From positions 32,001-96,000 of the IMG/VR virus record IMGVR_UViG_3300032284_002843: a stretch of 64,000 bases of DNA; one strand, 5' to 3'. Source of the DNA: a virus. Numbering within the stretch: the stretch's first letter is position 1; every line of letters starts with the position of its first letter. Positions 7,717 to 17,630 of the stretch are shown piece after piece. The position numbers were made by a program, and so were the translations under genes. The notes below the pieces were generated by a model, which saw only the letters and a program-made list of their open reading frames with translations, searched no databases and was not told the DNA's origin.

Positions 7717-8529
7717 ATGACTGCATTTCCTAATCCGGCGTATGATGGACAAGTTTACACCATTGGTCCAAGATCCTGGACCTACAACCTCAGCCAAAAT
7801 GCTTGGATTTTAAATAAAAACGGCCCAACTGGCCCTGCAGGACCTCTAGGACCAACTGGTCCAGCTGGTGTATTATTAACAAGTTTAATAGTTGACACAT
7901 TCACCGGCGACGGTATTACCACAAGCTTTACACTTAGTATTACCCCTGTAAGCATCTACAATATGATTGTAAATGTTGACGGTCTAGTACAAACAGCTAA
8001 TACCAACTATACATTAAGCAACAACAACATAATTTTCACAACTGCACCGATAAACAATGCTACCATTGATGTAATGCATTTTTTAACAGGATCTGCAATA
8101 ACAGGTCCTCCGGGATATCCAGGACCAACTGGTCCTGCTGGTGGTCCAACTGGTCCAACTGGTCCATCGAATGTCAGTTCTATAGCAAGTGCATTGGTAA
8201 ATGCCGGTACCTTCGTCACATTAGACAATATTAAGGCAACAGTTACCACCGGCGGCAACCGTGGATTAAGTATTGCAGCAGTAGCAACTTCATTTAACGC
8301 AATGATATTTGGTACCTATGGTTACACAGGTGGCGGTGGCGGTAATTCAGAAGTTGGAACGATTACGACAACACCATCAAGTTCACAGTTTTCTTGGAAC
8401 TTTAGTTCACAAGGTGATGGTGCCATTTTTATAATAACAGATACTACAAACAATCTAACCTATCGCATTATTATGCAGATCGGGGCAAGTTACAATAATA
8501 ACTTTATTAGCATTGAAAGATTATTGTGA
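7717..8529 (+). CDS. Virion-associated protein with collagen-like G-P-x repeats
   Basis: FP.P..GQ N-terminus, two GPT/GPA tracts, FTGDG..T.FTL repeat; TAAATA late box at 7704. Confidence 0.7.
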   Translation: MTAFPNPAYDGQVYTIGPRSWTYNLSQNAWILNKNGPTGPAGPLGPTGPAGVLLTSLIVDTFTGDGITTSFTLSITPVSIYNMIVNVDGLVQTANTNYTLSNNNIIFTTAPINNATIDVMHFLTGSAITGPPGYPGPTGPAGGPTGPTGPSNVSSIASALVNAGTFVTLDNIKATVTTGGNRGLSIAAVATSFNAMIFGTYGYTGGGGGNSEVGTITTTPSSSQFSWNFSSQGDGAIFIITDTTNNLTYRIIMQIGASYNNNFISIERLL

Positions 8530-8563
8530 GACAAATACAGATTCTAAATGAAATAAATATATC

Positions 8564-9130
8564 ATGACTAACCATAGCTATATCAGCCTATCAGTTCCCA
8601 AGGACTTAGATGAAACCGAAGCCAAACTTTGGTATCAAACTGTTTTAGAAAGCGCACCAGAAGGAACCTGTGTCAGTACTGAAATACAACCAAATAACAA
8701 AGCCGTACGCTTTTATATGGAAAGCCGCGGTAGTATGAGACGCTATGTTGTGGTTTTAAGCAGAGATTTAATGGGCGAAGAAGCTAACAAAATAGCCGAA
8801 GCTCTAGATCAAAAGCTTCCAGAAGTTGATTTTGAAATAGATTGGAGCCAGCAACCAGAAACATTTGGCAGAGCTGTAGAACTACGTGAAGACACTCTTA
8901 AAGCAATGGCATTAGAAGCTAGCAAAAGAGCACATAATCGCTGGGTAAATGAAAAAATCAATGAAGGTTGGAGATATGGACAACGTGGCAACAGTGCAGG
9001 TAAAGTGAGCCCAATGTGTGTTGCCTGGGAAAATCTTTCAGAAACATATAGAAGAAACGAATATAAAAGAATGCTAGGTTTGTTAGAAGTACTCAATGAA
9101 ATGGGTATGGTCATATCTAAACAGAAATAA
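8564..9130 (+). CDS. Protein with C-terminal RyR-repeat domain
   Basis: AHNRWVNEKINEGWRYG...P...WENLSE pattern. Confidence 0.7.
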   Translation: MTNHSYISLSVPKDLDETEAKLWYQTVLESAPEGTCVSTEIQPNNKAVRFYMESRGSMRRYVVVLSRDLMGEEANKIAEALDQKLPEVDFEIDWSQQPETFGRAVELREDTLKAMALEASKRAHNRWVNEKINEGWRYGQRGNSAGKVSPMCVAWENLSETYRRNEYKRMLGLLEVLNEMGMVISKQK

Positions 9131-9131
9131 C

Positions 9132-9674
9132 ATGTCATATAGTCAAGCTGATTTAAAAGAAAAAGTACAAGATCTACACACACTAGCTGAGCAAACACAG
9201 CTCAGCACAGATCTGGTCAATGGCACTATTGATCCGAACATTTACAAGACACTATTGTGGCAATTATATCTCATTACAGATGCAATAGAAACTAGATATT
9301 ATTTTCAAGATACTGATATTTGTCGTAAACATTTGATACTACATGATATTGCTCTGTTGCCACCAAGTTCATTGTTTACATGTAAAGCAACTGATCGGTA
9401 TCTTGAACACTTATGGCCATTGTCATATCATTCATTCAAGGGTCACATTTACACGCACTATTTGGGTTGGTTGTATGGAGGGCAAATCATTGCTAAACGT
9501 AGCAAAATGCCCAGTCAACATTTACATTTCAATGATGTAAAGTCCAAAATACAATATCTTCGTAACAGTGTTCTAGTTAATATTTCACAAGAAGACATAA
9601 ACGAAGCACAGTTAGCATTTCAGCATACAATTGATATCTATAAGGAACTTTATGAGCTGCATAGAGTTGGTTGA
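9132..9674 (+). CDS. hemO: Heme oxygenase
   Basis: LKE....HT.AE proximal His; HIYTHYLGWLYGGQII distal helix; EA..AF C-terminus. Confidence 0.88.
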   Translation: MSYSQADLKEKVQDLHTLAEQTQLSTDLVNGTIDPNIYKTLLWQLYLITDAIETRYYFQDTDICRKHLILHDIALLPPSSLFTCKATDRYLEHLWPLSYHSFKGHIYTHYLGWLYGGQIIAKRSKMPSQHLHFNDVKSKIQYLRNSVLVNISQEDINEAQLAFQHTIDIYKELYELHRVG

Positions 9675-10266
9675 TGGTGTTGCTAGACGTTTACACGATA
9701 TAATAAAGCAGCAACCCAATATTACACTGTTAGAAACTGAAGACTTTGGCTGGGAAAATTATAGGTATACAAGTCCTGCCTTCAGGCTTGCACATCTAGA
9801 GATTTTTAATCAATCAAATTTTTTAGTTGTTCATTGTTGTGTATTCCCACATGTTTCAGATCCAAGCCCAATATTTGGATTTGATGTTATTGCAGGTGAA
9901 AATAAAATAACAGGTGTGTTTATGGATCTCAGTCCCGTTGCACTTGAACCACAACCTTTTATAAACATATCTGTAGAAAAAGCTCGTGATCTACCAGAAT
10001 GGGGCGACATTTTCAGTCCCTATTGGCTAGCATGTCGTCCTAATGAACAAGAAATGATAATGATAGGATACAAGGCTGGAGAAATCCTCACAAATTATCT
10101 ACAAACATTAGGACAATCTGGTAATATAGATGAAATTAGACAGAAACAGAATTATTATTGCCTACAGCAACAGAAAAATCCACACACAAAAAGAGCGTTA
10201 GTCAATCTAGTAGGTTCCGATAGAGCAGATTATTTCATGAAAGAAATATTATTTCCTTGCACATAA
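9652..10266 (+). CDS. pcyX: Ferredoxin-dependent bilin reductase (PcyA/PcyX clade)
   Basis: FRLAHLE, HCCVFP, PIFGFDV, DLSP, LPEWGDIFS, QNYYC.QQ.KNPHT; overlaps the heme oxygenase gene. PcyX rather than PcyA is inferred. Confidence 0.8.
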   Translation: MSCIELVDGVARRLHDIIKQQPNITLLETEDFGWENYRYTSPAFRLAHLEIFNQSNFLVVHCCVFPHVSDPSPIFGFDVIAGENKITGVFMDLSPVALEPQPFINISVEKARDLPEWGDIFSPYWLACRPNEQEMIMIGYKAGEILTNYLQTLGQSGNIDEIRQKQNYYCLQQQKNPHTKRALVNLVGSDRADYFMKEILFPCT

Positions 10267-10316
10267 ACTATCATATTTCTTATAATTATTGATATCTATT
10301 GCGAAAGACACAGAGT

Positions 10317-10967
10317 ATGACTGAATTTTTTGATAAAACTGTTGCTGCTATTACCCCGCAACCTATAAATGTTTATGGTTTGAAGTTTTTTCCAAATTTG
10401 GAACCAAATGTAGATAATGACCAAGACACTCCTGCATTTGGATGGCCGAGCGGTCCTGAAATTTCTTTGTGTAATCAAGCTGTTGTGGTGAATGCTCTTC
10501 ATCGTCTTGGCGACACATGTAAGGCTATATTAGAAATAGGCGTAAATCGCAATGGACCAGAGAGTTTATCAAAAATTTTGATGGATAGTAAACCAAAAGA
10601 CTGTACATATATCGGAATTGACTTAAATGACAAAAGCTTTCTCAATAGCTTAGAAAATAAAATTCATACTATTCAAGCCAACAGTCACGATCAATTGAAT
10701 ATACGAAACAAAATTTCCAAGTTAGGTATTGAAAAAATTGATTTAATCATGATAGATGGTTGGCATAGTGTCAATACCTGTGTTAATGATTGGTGCTATG
10801 TAGACATGCTTAGTGATAATGGCATTGTTTTATTACATGATACAAACGCACATCCCGGCTGCTGTGCATTGTTTCATGCAGTAGATGAAAACTTATTTGA
10901 AAAACAAAGGCATTGCACATATAATACCGATATGGGCATTGCCACATTTTGGCATAAAAAGTCATAA
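10317..10967 (+). CDS. Class I SAM-dependent methyltransferase (Methyltransf_24-like)
   Basis: ILEIG, IGID, IDLIMIDGWHS, GIVLLHD. Confidence 0.8.
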   Translation: MTEFFDKTVAAITPQPINVYGLKFFPNLEPNVDNDQDTPAFGWPSGPEISLCNQAVVVNALHRLGDTCKAILEIGVNRNGPESLSKILMDSKPKDCTYIGIDLNDKSFLNSLENKIHTIQANSHDQLNIRNKISKLGIEKIDLIMIDGWHSVNTCVNDWCYVDMLSDNGIVLLHDTNAHPGCCALFHAVDENLFEKQRHCTYNTDMGIATFWHKKS

Positions 10968-10969
10968 TA

Positions 10970-11605
10970 ATGAAAATAGCACTTTGTCTTAGTGGGTTAA
11001 CCCGTCTGTCCGTTACCAGCGCTGCCAGTTGGGGAAGAATAATAGGAAAATATAATCCGGATGTTTATATTCATACATGGGACGACAATAATCAGTCTTT
11101 TGAAATTTTAGAAGCATTAACCTGGACATTCAATCCTAAAAATGTACAAATTGATCCATTACCAATTATAGATACTACATTTTATCCTGACCGGCATTGG
11201 CCTTATATAGACGTTTATAGAAGTCTCTGCATGTGGCAAAGCATATCATCGGCTTATTATATGGCAATGCAGTCGTCATATGATATTATCATACGCGGGC
11301 GAATGGATTGGTATGTAGAAGATTTACAAATAGAATTGTTTGACGGTTTAACCATTCCATATGATACAGATAAAATTGTCCTGCGATTCATGTACAAAGG
11401 CATAGACATGCATGGATTTAATGATCATTTTGCCTATGGACCACAAAAATACATGGATTTTTATGTAAAAACCCTTGAAGAAATTCCTGTACTGTATTCT
11501 CAAGAAGGTGTTGATTATTGTCCTGAAAACTTTTTAGCTGCAAATCTTACCAAGCATCGTGTTCCATTAATGTTGCAAAAAATGAAACATAAATTAATTC
11601 GATAA
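10970..11605 (+). CDS. Glycosyltransferase-like protein (KIALCLSG family)
   Basis: KIALCLSG..R, DVYIHTW, YDIIIR.R.D, NDHFA.G, PE; paralog of 13514. Confidence 0.6.
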   Translation: MKIALCLSGLTRLSVTSAASWGRIIGKYNPDVYIHTWDDNNQSFEILEALTWTFNPKNVQIDPLPIIDTTFYPDRHWPYIDVYRSLCMWQSISSAYYMAMQSSYDIIIRGRMDWYVEDLQIELFDGLTIPYDTDKIVLRFMYKGIDMHGFNDHFAYGPQKYMDFYVKTLEEIPVLYSQEGVDYCPENFLAANLTKHRVPLMLQKMKHKLIR

Positions 11606-11735
11606 TTTAATTAGCAAAAACACAAAAATTACTTTATAAATACTATTGACGGCAATAGTGCTGTCCGTAACATATAACCGCAGTAAAGACACGTAGGTGA
11701 TTACGTGCAGTGTAAGACGGTTAAGGACAAAGTAT

Positions 11736-12497
11736 ATGAATTTACCAAACCCGTTCCCTGGCCTTGCCATCAATGTCAAAGCACAGGTAGCAATTAATCC
11801 AAATCCAAGTACAACTTATAAGTTTAAACGAGCTGGCAAAAACGGCACGCTTATCACTATGATTATTGATGAGAGTGGTAGTATGCATTCAGCTTGGGAA
11901 GCTACAATAGCAGGCTTTAATGAGTTTGTGGAAGGACAAAAGTCAGCAGAAGCAAGTGCCGGCGCTGGATTTTTATCACTTATCAAGTTTGATGCACCAC
12001 AGATTAAAACAGTTTATGTTAATAGACCATTAAACGAAGTGCCAAAGCTAGACAAAAAAAGCTACTCTCCAAACGGTGGAACAAATCTACTAGACGCCAT
12101 TGGTCATGCAATTAACAGCGTTAATGCAGAGCTAGCTAAGGTTAAAAAGAAGGATCGCCCTGGTGTTATCATTACCATTATGACAGACGGACATGAAAAT
12201 TCCAGCCAAAACTTTAGCAACAGTCAAATCAAAGAGATGGTTAAGGCAGCTGAAGATGCTGATTGGACGTTCACATTCCTAGGTGCAAACATCGACAGCT
12301 TTGCTGTTGGCAGCACATTTGGCATGAACGTCAATAATAGTGTGGACTACAGCACCAACAACATGACTGCAACAATGGCCGCTGTCGGTGCTTCAACCAC
12401 TCGTATGCGTTCAGCTAAGCTTGCCGGAACTAGCACGCATGATCTTTACGCATCCAGTTTGTACACGGATGACGAAAAGAAAAATATGACAAAGTAA
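11736..12497 (+). CDS. von Willebrand factor A domain protein
   Basis: MIDAS DESGSM, GGTNLLDAIG, TDGHEN, FLGAN; start ATG 11736 with AAGGA. Confidence 0.88.
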   Translation: MNLPNPFPGLAINVKAQVAINPNPSTTYKFKRAGKNGTLITMIIDESGSMHSAWEATIAGFNEFVEGQKSAEASAGAGFLSLIKFDAPQIKTVYVNRPLNEVPKLDKKSYSPNGGTNLLDAIGHAINSVNAELAKVKKKDRPGVIITIMTDGHENSSQNFSNSQIKEMVKAAEDADWTFTFLGANIDSFAVGSTFGMNVNNSVDYSTNNMTATMAAVGASTTRMRSAKLAGTSTHDLYASSLYTDDEKKNMTK

Positions 12498-12506
12498 GGA
12501 GGCAAC

Positions 12507-13442
12507 ATGTTAGATTCACAAAGAAAATATGAACTACGAGTGCGTCCTCTCGGTCGTAATGCAGCAGACGAATATTACCATAATGGTAGTATTTGGATTG
12601 AAGGACGTAACGGAAACTCCTATACAGTAGATATCAGCAATCACACAAATCGTCGTGCATTGTTCATCGTCAGTGTAGATGGGTTAGACGTATTAAAAGG
12701 CAAACCAGCTGGGCCAGAGAGCGAAGGCTATGTGGTAGATGCTTATTCTACCCTTAGCATTCCAGGATGGAAACTAAATGACAAAGAAGCAGCTGAGTTT
12801 TTTTTCAGCCGCAACGATGACAGTTATGTAAACAGCATAGGTGGTAGCACTGCTAACACAGGTGTTATTGGTGCTATGGTGTTTGGTGAAATGATTTATA
12901 CAAGTATCTCTAATAACTTTAGAGATTACTTAAATGTAGCCAGTACACCTGCTCCTGCCTACTGGTTGTATAACACCACAACCACTAGTACACCCTATGA
13001 TCCAATAGTAACCCATGGAGCAGGAACTAGCACTACGCTAGGTCCAATAGCAACAGGGACCGGTGCCGTAGGAGGTGTAGGTTATGGGCAATATCATGCA
13101 ACTTTGCAATCAACGTTGACTGGATCAAACACGGTTGCTAGAAGAGTTGACACCAGCTCCACTACAGGCATAACTTCGGCTGTTAACATGATATCTAGTC
13201 CTGTTACGCAAGATATTGGCACTGGTTTCGGTGACGCTACCACGTGGCAGACTACGACTACGACCTTTACTAGAGCCAATCCCACAACTCCGGATTGCAT
13301 ACTTGCTGTGTACTATAACACTGCAAGAAATCTAGAGAAAATGGGAATACAGTTAAAGAAAAGAAAAGATGTAAGCAGAACTGCTAATGCATTTCCTGCA
13401 TACGATCCTGGATGCAAACCACCACCCGGTTGGCAAAAATAA
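12507..13442 (+). CDS. Hypothetical protein co-transcribed with the vWA gene
   Basis: SVDGLDV..G...GYVV...IPGW...GVIG N-domain, Thr-rich linker, IGTGFG, FP..PGC.PP tail; AAGGAGG RBS. Confidence 0.75.
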   Translation: MLDSQRKYELRVRPLGRNAADEYYHNGSIWIEGRNGNSYTVDISNHTNRRALFIVSVDGLDVLKGKPAGPESEGYVVDAYSTLSIPGWKLNDKEAAEFFFSRNDDSYVNSIGGSTANTGVIGAMVFGEMIYTSISNNFRDYLNVASTPAPAYWLYNTTTTSTPYDPIVTHGAGTSTTLGPIATGTGAVGGVGYGQYHATLQSTLTGSNTVARRVDTSSTTGITSAVNMISSPVTQDIGTGFGDATTWQTTTTTFTRANPTTPDCILAVYYNTARNLEKMGIQLKKRKDVSRTANAFPAYDPGCKPPPGWQK

Positions 13443-13450
13443 CTGTTAAG

Positions 13451-13480
13451 AATAAAAGAGGCGCAAGCCTCTTTTATTTT
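13451..13480 (+). terminator. Rho-independent terminator
   Basis: AAAAGAGGC-gcaa-GCCTCTTTTATTTT. Confidence 0.85.
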
Positions 13481-13513
13481 GAACTTATCTATTACTCAAC
13501 ATTACAATAAACA

Positions 13514-14248
13514 ATGGAAAAAATCGCGCTGTGTTTATACGGTCATTTTAGATGCTTTGACCAATGTTGGCCAAATCTATACAATAATCTAATAAAGCCA
13601 AACAATATTACAGATATCTTTGCCGTAGCTTGGATAGATTCATTTGGATGGTTTCAGTCTCCGGAACAAAGTAGTGAACACAAAAAACACCCAGGCTATG
13701 ATAGCCAAAGTCCTGTGGTCCCGCACGATTACATTTGTTCTGTAATTGCAAATTTAAAACCCTGCAGAATACAACTAGATAACTATTTTTTACATGATAG
13801 CTTATTTGAGCATATGGTTTTAAATCTCTCAGATTGGCATCATCCTAGCCAGAACCATAGACCAAAAGGTACATTAAGTCAAGTATATGGACGATGTAAT
13901 AGTCTCAAATTAGCACATCACGAAGAGCTGCACAGGAATTTTATCTACGACAGAATTGTTTGCACACGGTGGGATATAGATTATACAACGCCAATAGTTT
14001 TAGAAAATTTAAATCCAGAAGTTATTTCAATGGATGGTATGTATGGTCCTACAGTGATTAGCGATGCCTGGACATGTGGACCAAGCTCCTTAATGCAAAA
14101 ATGGAGTCGCCAATTTTCTGACATAGACAGACTTGTCGCAAATAAAACTATGAATCTTGGTCCACATGAATGGTTAGCAAGCCATTTTAACGAATTTGGC
14201 ATGGAATGGCAAAATTGTCCAGAAATTGGAATATACATAAGAAGATAA
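13514..14248 (+). CDS. Glycosyltransferase-like protein (KIALC family)
   Basis: KIALCLYG..R, YDRIV.TR.D, SDAW..G; paralog of 10970. Confidence 0.6.
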   Translation: MEKIALCLYGHFRCFDQCWPNLYNNLIKPNNITDIFAVAWIDSFGWFQSPEQSSEHKKHPGYDSQSPVVPHDYICSVIANLKPCRIQLDNYFLHDSLFEHMVLNLSDWHHPSQNHRPKGTLSQVYGRCNSLKLAHHEELHRNFIYDRIVCTRWDIDYTTPIVLENLNPEVISMDGMYGPTVISDAWTCGPSSLMQKWSRQFSDIDRLVANKTMNLGPHEWLASHFNEFGMEWQNCPEIGIYIRR

Positions 14249-14313
14249 AAGCTCTTGATTTAGTTACGTTCCTGTGTTATTATTAGCCATTATTCATATT
14301 TGCGAGGATCACT

Positions 14314-15666
14314 GTGAAAACTCCTGCCGATGTTGTTTTGGCGCTCGAAGCCAATTCTAGCCGCAACAAAAAAGAAGAAATTCTTGCCGAGGCTTGGCAA
14401 AAAGGCATTTTTGAATTTTTTGAAGGTGCACAGATGGCCTATGATGCTCTTCGCACCTTTGGTGTCAAAAAGGTTCCGCTGATTGAAAGCGATGACGATC
14501 CTAATTTTGAATCAACGTTTAATTGGAGTCGGTTTAACAAAATTACAGCCGATCTTGAAACTAGAAAACTCACCGGCAATATGGCAAGAGATACCCTGCG
14601 TAGTGCTGCAGATGTTGCTGACATTAAAGAATGGAATGAGTTTTATCGGCGTGTTCTGCTAAAGGACCTCAAGTGTGGTATTACAGAATCTACTATCAAT
14701 AAAGTACTTAAGGCTGTAAAAGATCCTGCAGCGGAAAAATATATCATTCCTGTATTCAGCTGTCAATTGGCTAAGAACGGCGAAGATCATCCTAAGAAGC
14801 TCAAAGGCGCAAAGTTGCTCGATCCCAAGCTGGACGGTGTGCGTATTATAACTATTCTGGATAAAAACAAGAATACGGTGACGCAGTATAGCCGAGATGG
14901 TCGTCTCAATGAAAACTTTCCGCAGATTAGTGCGGCACTAGCCAATCTTTTGCCACATATCACTGAAAGTATTGTACTGGACGGTGAAATGGTTAGCCGC
15001 AGTTTTCAAGCTCTTATGAAGCAGCTAAATCGCAAGGAAGACGTGGATACTAGCGACGCCAAGCTTGCGCTGTTTGACTGCCTGCCTCTTAAAGATTTTC
15101 TTGCCGGTGAATGCATGATGACACAAACAGCTCGGCATGAAGCTCTGGTACAGTTTCAGCCGCATTTTGATACAATTGCAGCTGGCAAGATCTACGTAAT
15201 TCCTAAACTTGCTGTTGATCTAGATAGCGAGGAAGGACAAACAACCTTTAAGGAATTTAATCGTGAAACTGTAGATGCTGGTTATGAAGGCATTATGGTC
15301 AAGGATCCCGATGCTACATACCGTACCAAACGCACCGATGCGTGGCTAAAGATTAAACCGTTTATTACAATTGATCTTGAAGTGGTTGCAGTGGAACCTG
15401 GAACACCTGGTACCAAATATCAGGCAACCACCGGAGCTCTATTGTGCCGTGGTGTTGATCAGGGGCGCAGCATTGAAGTGTCGGTTGGCAGTGGATTTAG
15501 CGAAGAACTGCGTGATCAAATTTGGGCTAATAAGGACAGTGTCATTAATAGAATTGTTGAAATTAAAGGTGATGTGCTAACCAAAAGTCAGGACAGTGAC
15601 GTATGGAGCCTACGTTTTCCAACATTTTTGCAATTCCGAGGCTGGAACCCTGGTGAAAAGATCTAG
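14314..15666 (+). CDS. lig: ATP-dependent DNA ligase
   Basis: KLDGVR, LDGE, EGIMVK, WLKIK, VGSGF, SLRFP. Confidence 0.96.
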   Translation: MKTPADVVLALEANSSRNKKEEILAEAWQKGIFEFFEGAQMAYDALRTFGVKKVPLIESDDDPNFESTFNWSRFNKITADLETRKLTGNMARDTLRSAADVADIKEWNEFYRRVLLKDLKCGITESTINKVLKAVKDPAAEKYIIPVFSCQLAKNGEDHPKKLKGAKLLDPKLDGVRIITILDKNKNTVTQYSRDGRLNENFPQISAALANLLPHITESIVLDGEMVSRSFQALMKQLNRKEDVDTSDAKLALFDCLPLKDFLAGECMMTQTARHEALVQFQPHFDTIAAGKIYVIPKLAVDLDSEEGQTTFKEFNRETVDAGYEGIMVKDPDATYRTKRTDAWLKIKPFITIDLEVVAVEPGTPGTKYQATTGALLCRGVDQGRSIEVSVGSGFSEELRDQIWANKDSVINRIVEIKGDVLTKSQDSDVWSLRFPTFLQFRGWNPGEKI

Positions 15667-15699
15667 CATTTCTGTCTTGCATGTACGTAATGTTAATAC

Positions 15700-15939
15700 A
15701 TGCAAATAAAGAAAAAAGGCAATAATTGCTGGCTATGCTATCCAAATTCAACTCCAGAGTTTACTGAATTATCTGACCTCTGCCGTAAACGTCTGGGTAG
15801 AAGTCATTGGAGTGTATTTGTTAAAACATGGTGTATACGAAAACTAACGCCAGACGAATACAACATTAGTTCATATCCAAGAGTTATTGAAATTAGAAAT
15901 AAAGACCTAGCAGTTTTAGTGATTTTGAAATGGGGATAA
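15700..15939 (+). CDS. Hypothetical small protein
   Basis: Ends DLAVLVILKWG, a tail shared with other small ORFs here. Confidence 0.6.
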   Translation: MQIKKKGNNCWLCYPNSTPEFTELSDLCRKRLGRSHWSVFVKTWCIRKLTPDEYNISSYPRVIEIRNKDLAVLVILKWG

Positions 15940-16977
15940 ATGACAATTAAGAAGCGTATCGGGTTCTGCTGCAAATGGATGCTGACTACAGACCCTAAAC
16001 CAGACAAGAATACTAGGGAACTTGAACGTAAGTTCAACACCAGTAGCACCACTGTAGCTTGGTTGAATAGACAACTCAAGCCGGTTGCCGAGGATAAGCT
16101 TTGGTCGGTTGCTAAACATAACTTGCAGAGTGTACAAAACGTTTTGCACGAAGTAGCCAAGCTACCTCAAGAGTTACACATGATGCGTATATCCAGTGAC
16201 TTGCTTCCTGTTTATACGGAACCCACATGGAGTTACTTTTGGCAGCAACAGGATGTCAAGGACTATTGTGCTGCTGAGTTTTCTAAAATTGGCGAGCTGG
16301 CTAGACAATATGATATACGCCTTAGCTTTCATCCTGGCCCATTTTGCGTACTGGCAAGCGACAACCCAGATGTTGTGACACGCAGTATTGAAGAATTTGA
16401 ATACCATGTCGATATGGCACGTTGGATGGGCTATGGTTCAAACTGGCATGATCATGGATTTAAAATCAATGTTCATATTGCTGGCAAGCAAGGTCCTACT
16501 GGCATCGTAAATGTGCTACCAAAACTAAGCACCGAAGCTAGAAATCTTATTACCATTGAGAATGATGAGATGTCTTGGGGAATTGATGCAAGCATCGACT
16601 TGAAAGATTCAGTTGCATTGGTACTGGACATTCATCATCATCTTATTCATTCAAATGGCCTGTATCTAAGTCCAAAAGATGATAGGTGGAAGAAAATTAT
16701 AGACAGTTGGCGAGGCACTAGACCTGTTATTCATTATAGTCTAAGCCGAGAAGAAGTGTTGGCCGGGCACGATACCAATGTAAAGCCAGATGTAAATAAA
16801 ATTCTTACAGAAGGCATTAGCAATAAGAGCAAATTGCGAGCGCATAGCGATGCTGCATGGAATCGTGCTAGCAATCTATGGGCATTAGAGTTTTGGCCGG
16901 ATGCTGACATCCAATTTGAGGCTAAATTCAAAAATATTGCCAGTATGCAGCTTTATGAGGATTCTAAGACCATTTAA
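15940..16977 (+). CDS. uvsE: UV damage endonuclease (UvsE/UVDE)
   Basis: IGFCC, RISSDLLP, RLSFHPG.F, IENDE, VLDIHHH, HYS, RAHSD, EAK.K. Confidence 0.93.
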   Translation: MTIKKRIGFCCKWMLTTDPKPDKNTRELERKFNTSSTTVAWLNRQLKPVAEDKLWSVAKHNLQSVQNVLHEVAKLPQELHMMRISSDLLPVYTEPTWSYFWQQQDVKDYCAAEFSKIGELARQYDIRLSFHPGPFCVLASDNPDVVTRSIEEFEYHVDMARWMGYGSNWHDHGFKINVHIAGKQGPTGIVNVLPKLSTEARNLITIENDEMSWGIDASIDLKDSVALVLDIHHHLIHSNGLYLSPKDDRWKKIIDSWRGTRPVIHYSLSREEVLAGHDTNVKPDVNKILTEGISNKSKLRAHSDAAWNRASNLWALEFWPDADIQFEAKFKNIASMQLYEDSKTI

Positions 16978-17009
16978 TCACTAAATAGTATAAAATACTT
17001 GGTGAACAA

Positions 17010-17630
17010 ATGAATCTCAAAAGCATTGAAACTGAAGCTAATTTAGTAAATGAACCAACTGCAAGCGACCTAGACGCTGCTAGCAGGCTTGGCCCTACTA
17101 TCAACAAGCATTTGACCAGTCTAGAAGCACTATGCAAGCTTATTCCAGACTGCTCGGATGCATTAGGTAAAATAAAAGAATTAAGAAAATCATTTGCAGA
17201 TAAAATTAGCCTACAGCCTAATGTATTGGAAGCTCCTCTAACACTAGAGCAACAGGTAAAACATCACAGTCAACGAAGTGTTGGACACTTAGAAACAAAA
17301 TTAAAGGACATGGCTAAAAGTTCTGAGAATTTAGGTTACGATGCCATAGACAAAGTCATGAAAGACATATCTAACCAAGATGGCATTACTCCAGACGACC
17401 TGCACAAGTTGTTTGTATCTAGCCATGGCGGGATGACACCGGATGATTTTGCAAAAGCCGTTAGAGATAAAAGCATTAATGAAGAGATTGCTGTTTGTTA
17501 CTCAGACTGGAACGAAACTCTCGGTGAAGCAGTATGGGTAGCCATTACCAAGCACCTGTTACGACAGGGATACAATAAAGCACTGGTAGAAGATCGCATT
17601 AATCGCAGCATAATCACTATTGGTTTATAA
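17010..17630 (+). CDS. Hypothetical late protein
   Basis: TAAATA box at 16982; YDAIDKVM..I...LH..F...H..TPD motif. Confidence 0.7.
   Translation: MNLKSIETEANLVNEPTASDLDAASRLGPTINKHLTSLEALCKLIPDCSDALGKIKELRKSFADKISLQPNVLEAPLTLEQQVKHHSQRSVGHLETKLKDMAKSSENLGYDAIDKVMKDISNQDGITPDDLHKLFVSSHGGMTPDDFAKAVRDKSINEEIAVCYSDWNETLGEAVWVAITKHLLRQGYNKALVEDRINRSIITIGL

Noticed and set aside
7820-8170. Short GGT-CCA-ACT repeats as CRISPR or VNTR
   Set aside because: They encode collagen-like G-P-x triplets; I saw no repeat-spacer array anywhere in the window.
9132-10266. Cyanophage photosynthesis module
   Set aside because: No psbA, hli, petF or cpeT in the window; other markers point to a proteobacterial host.
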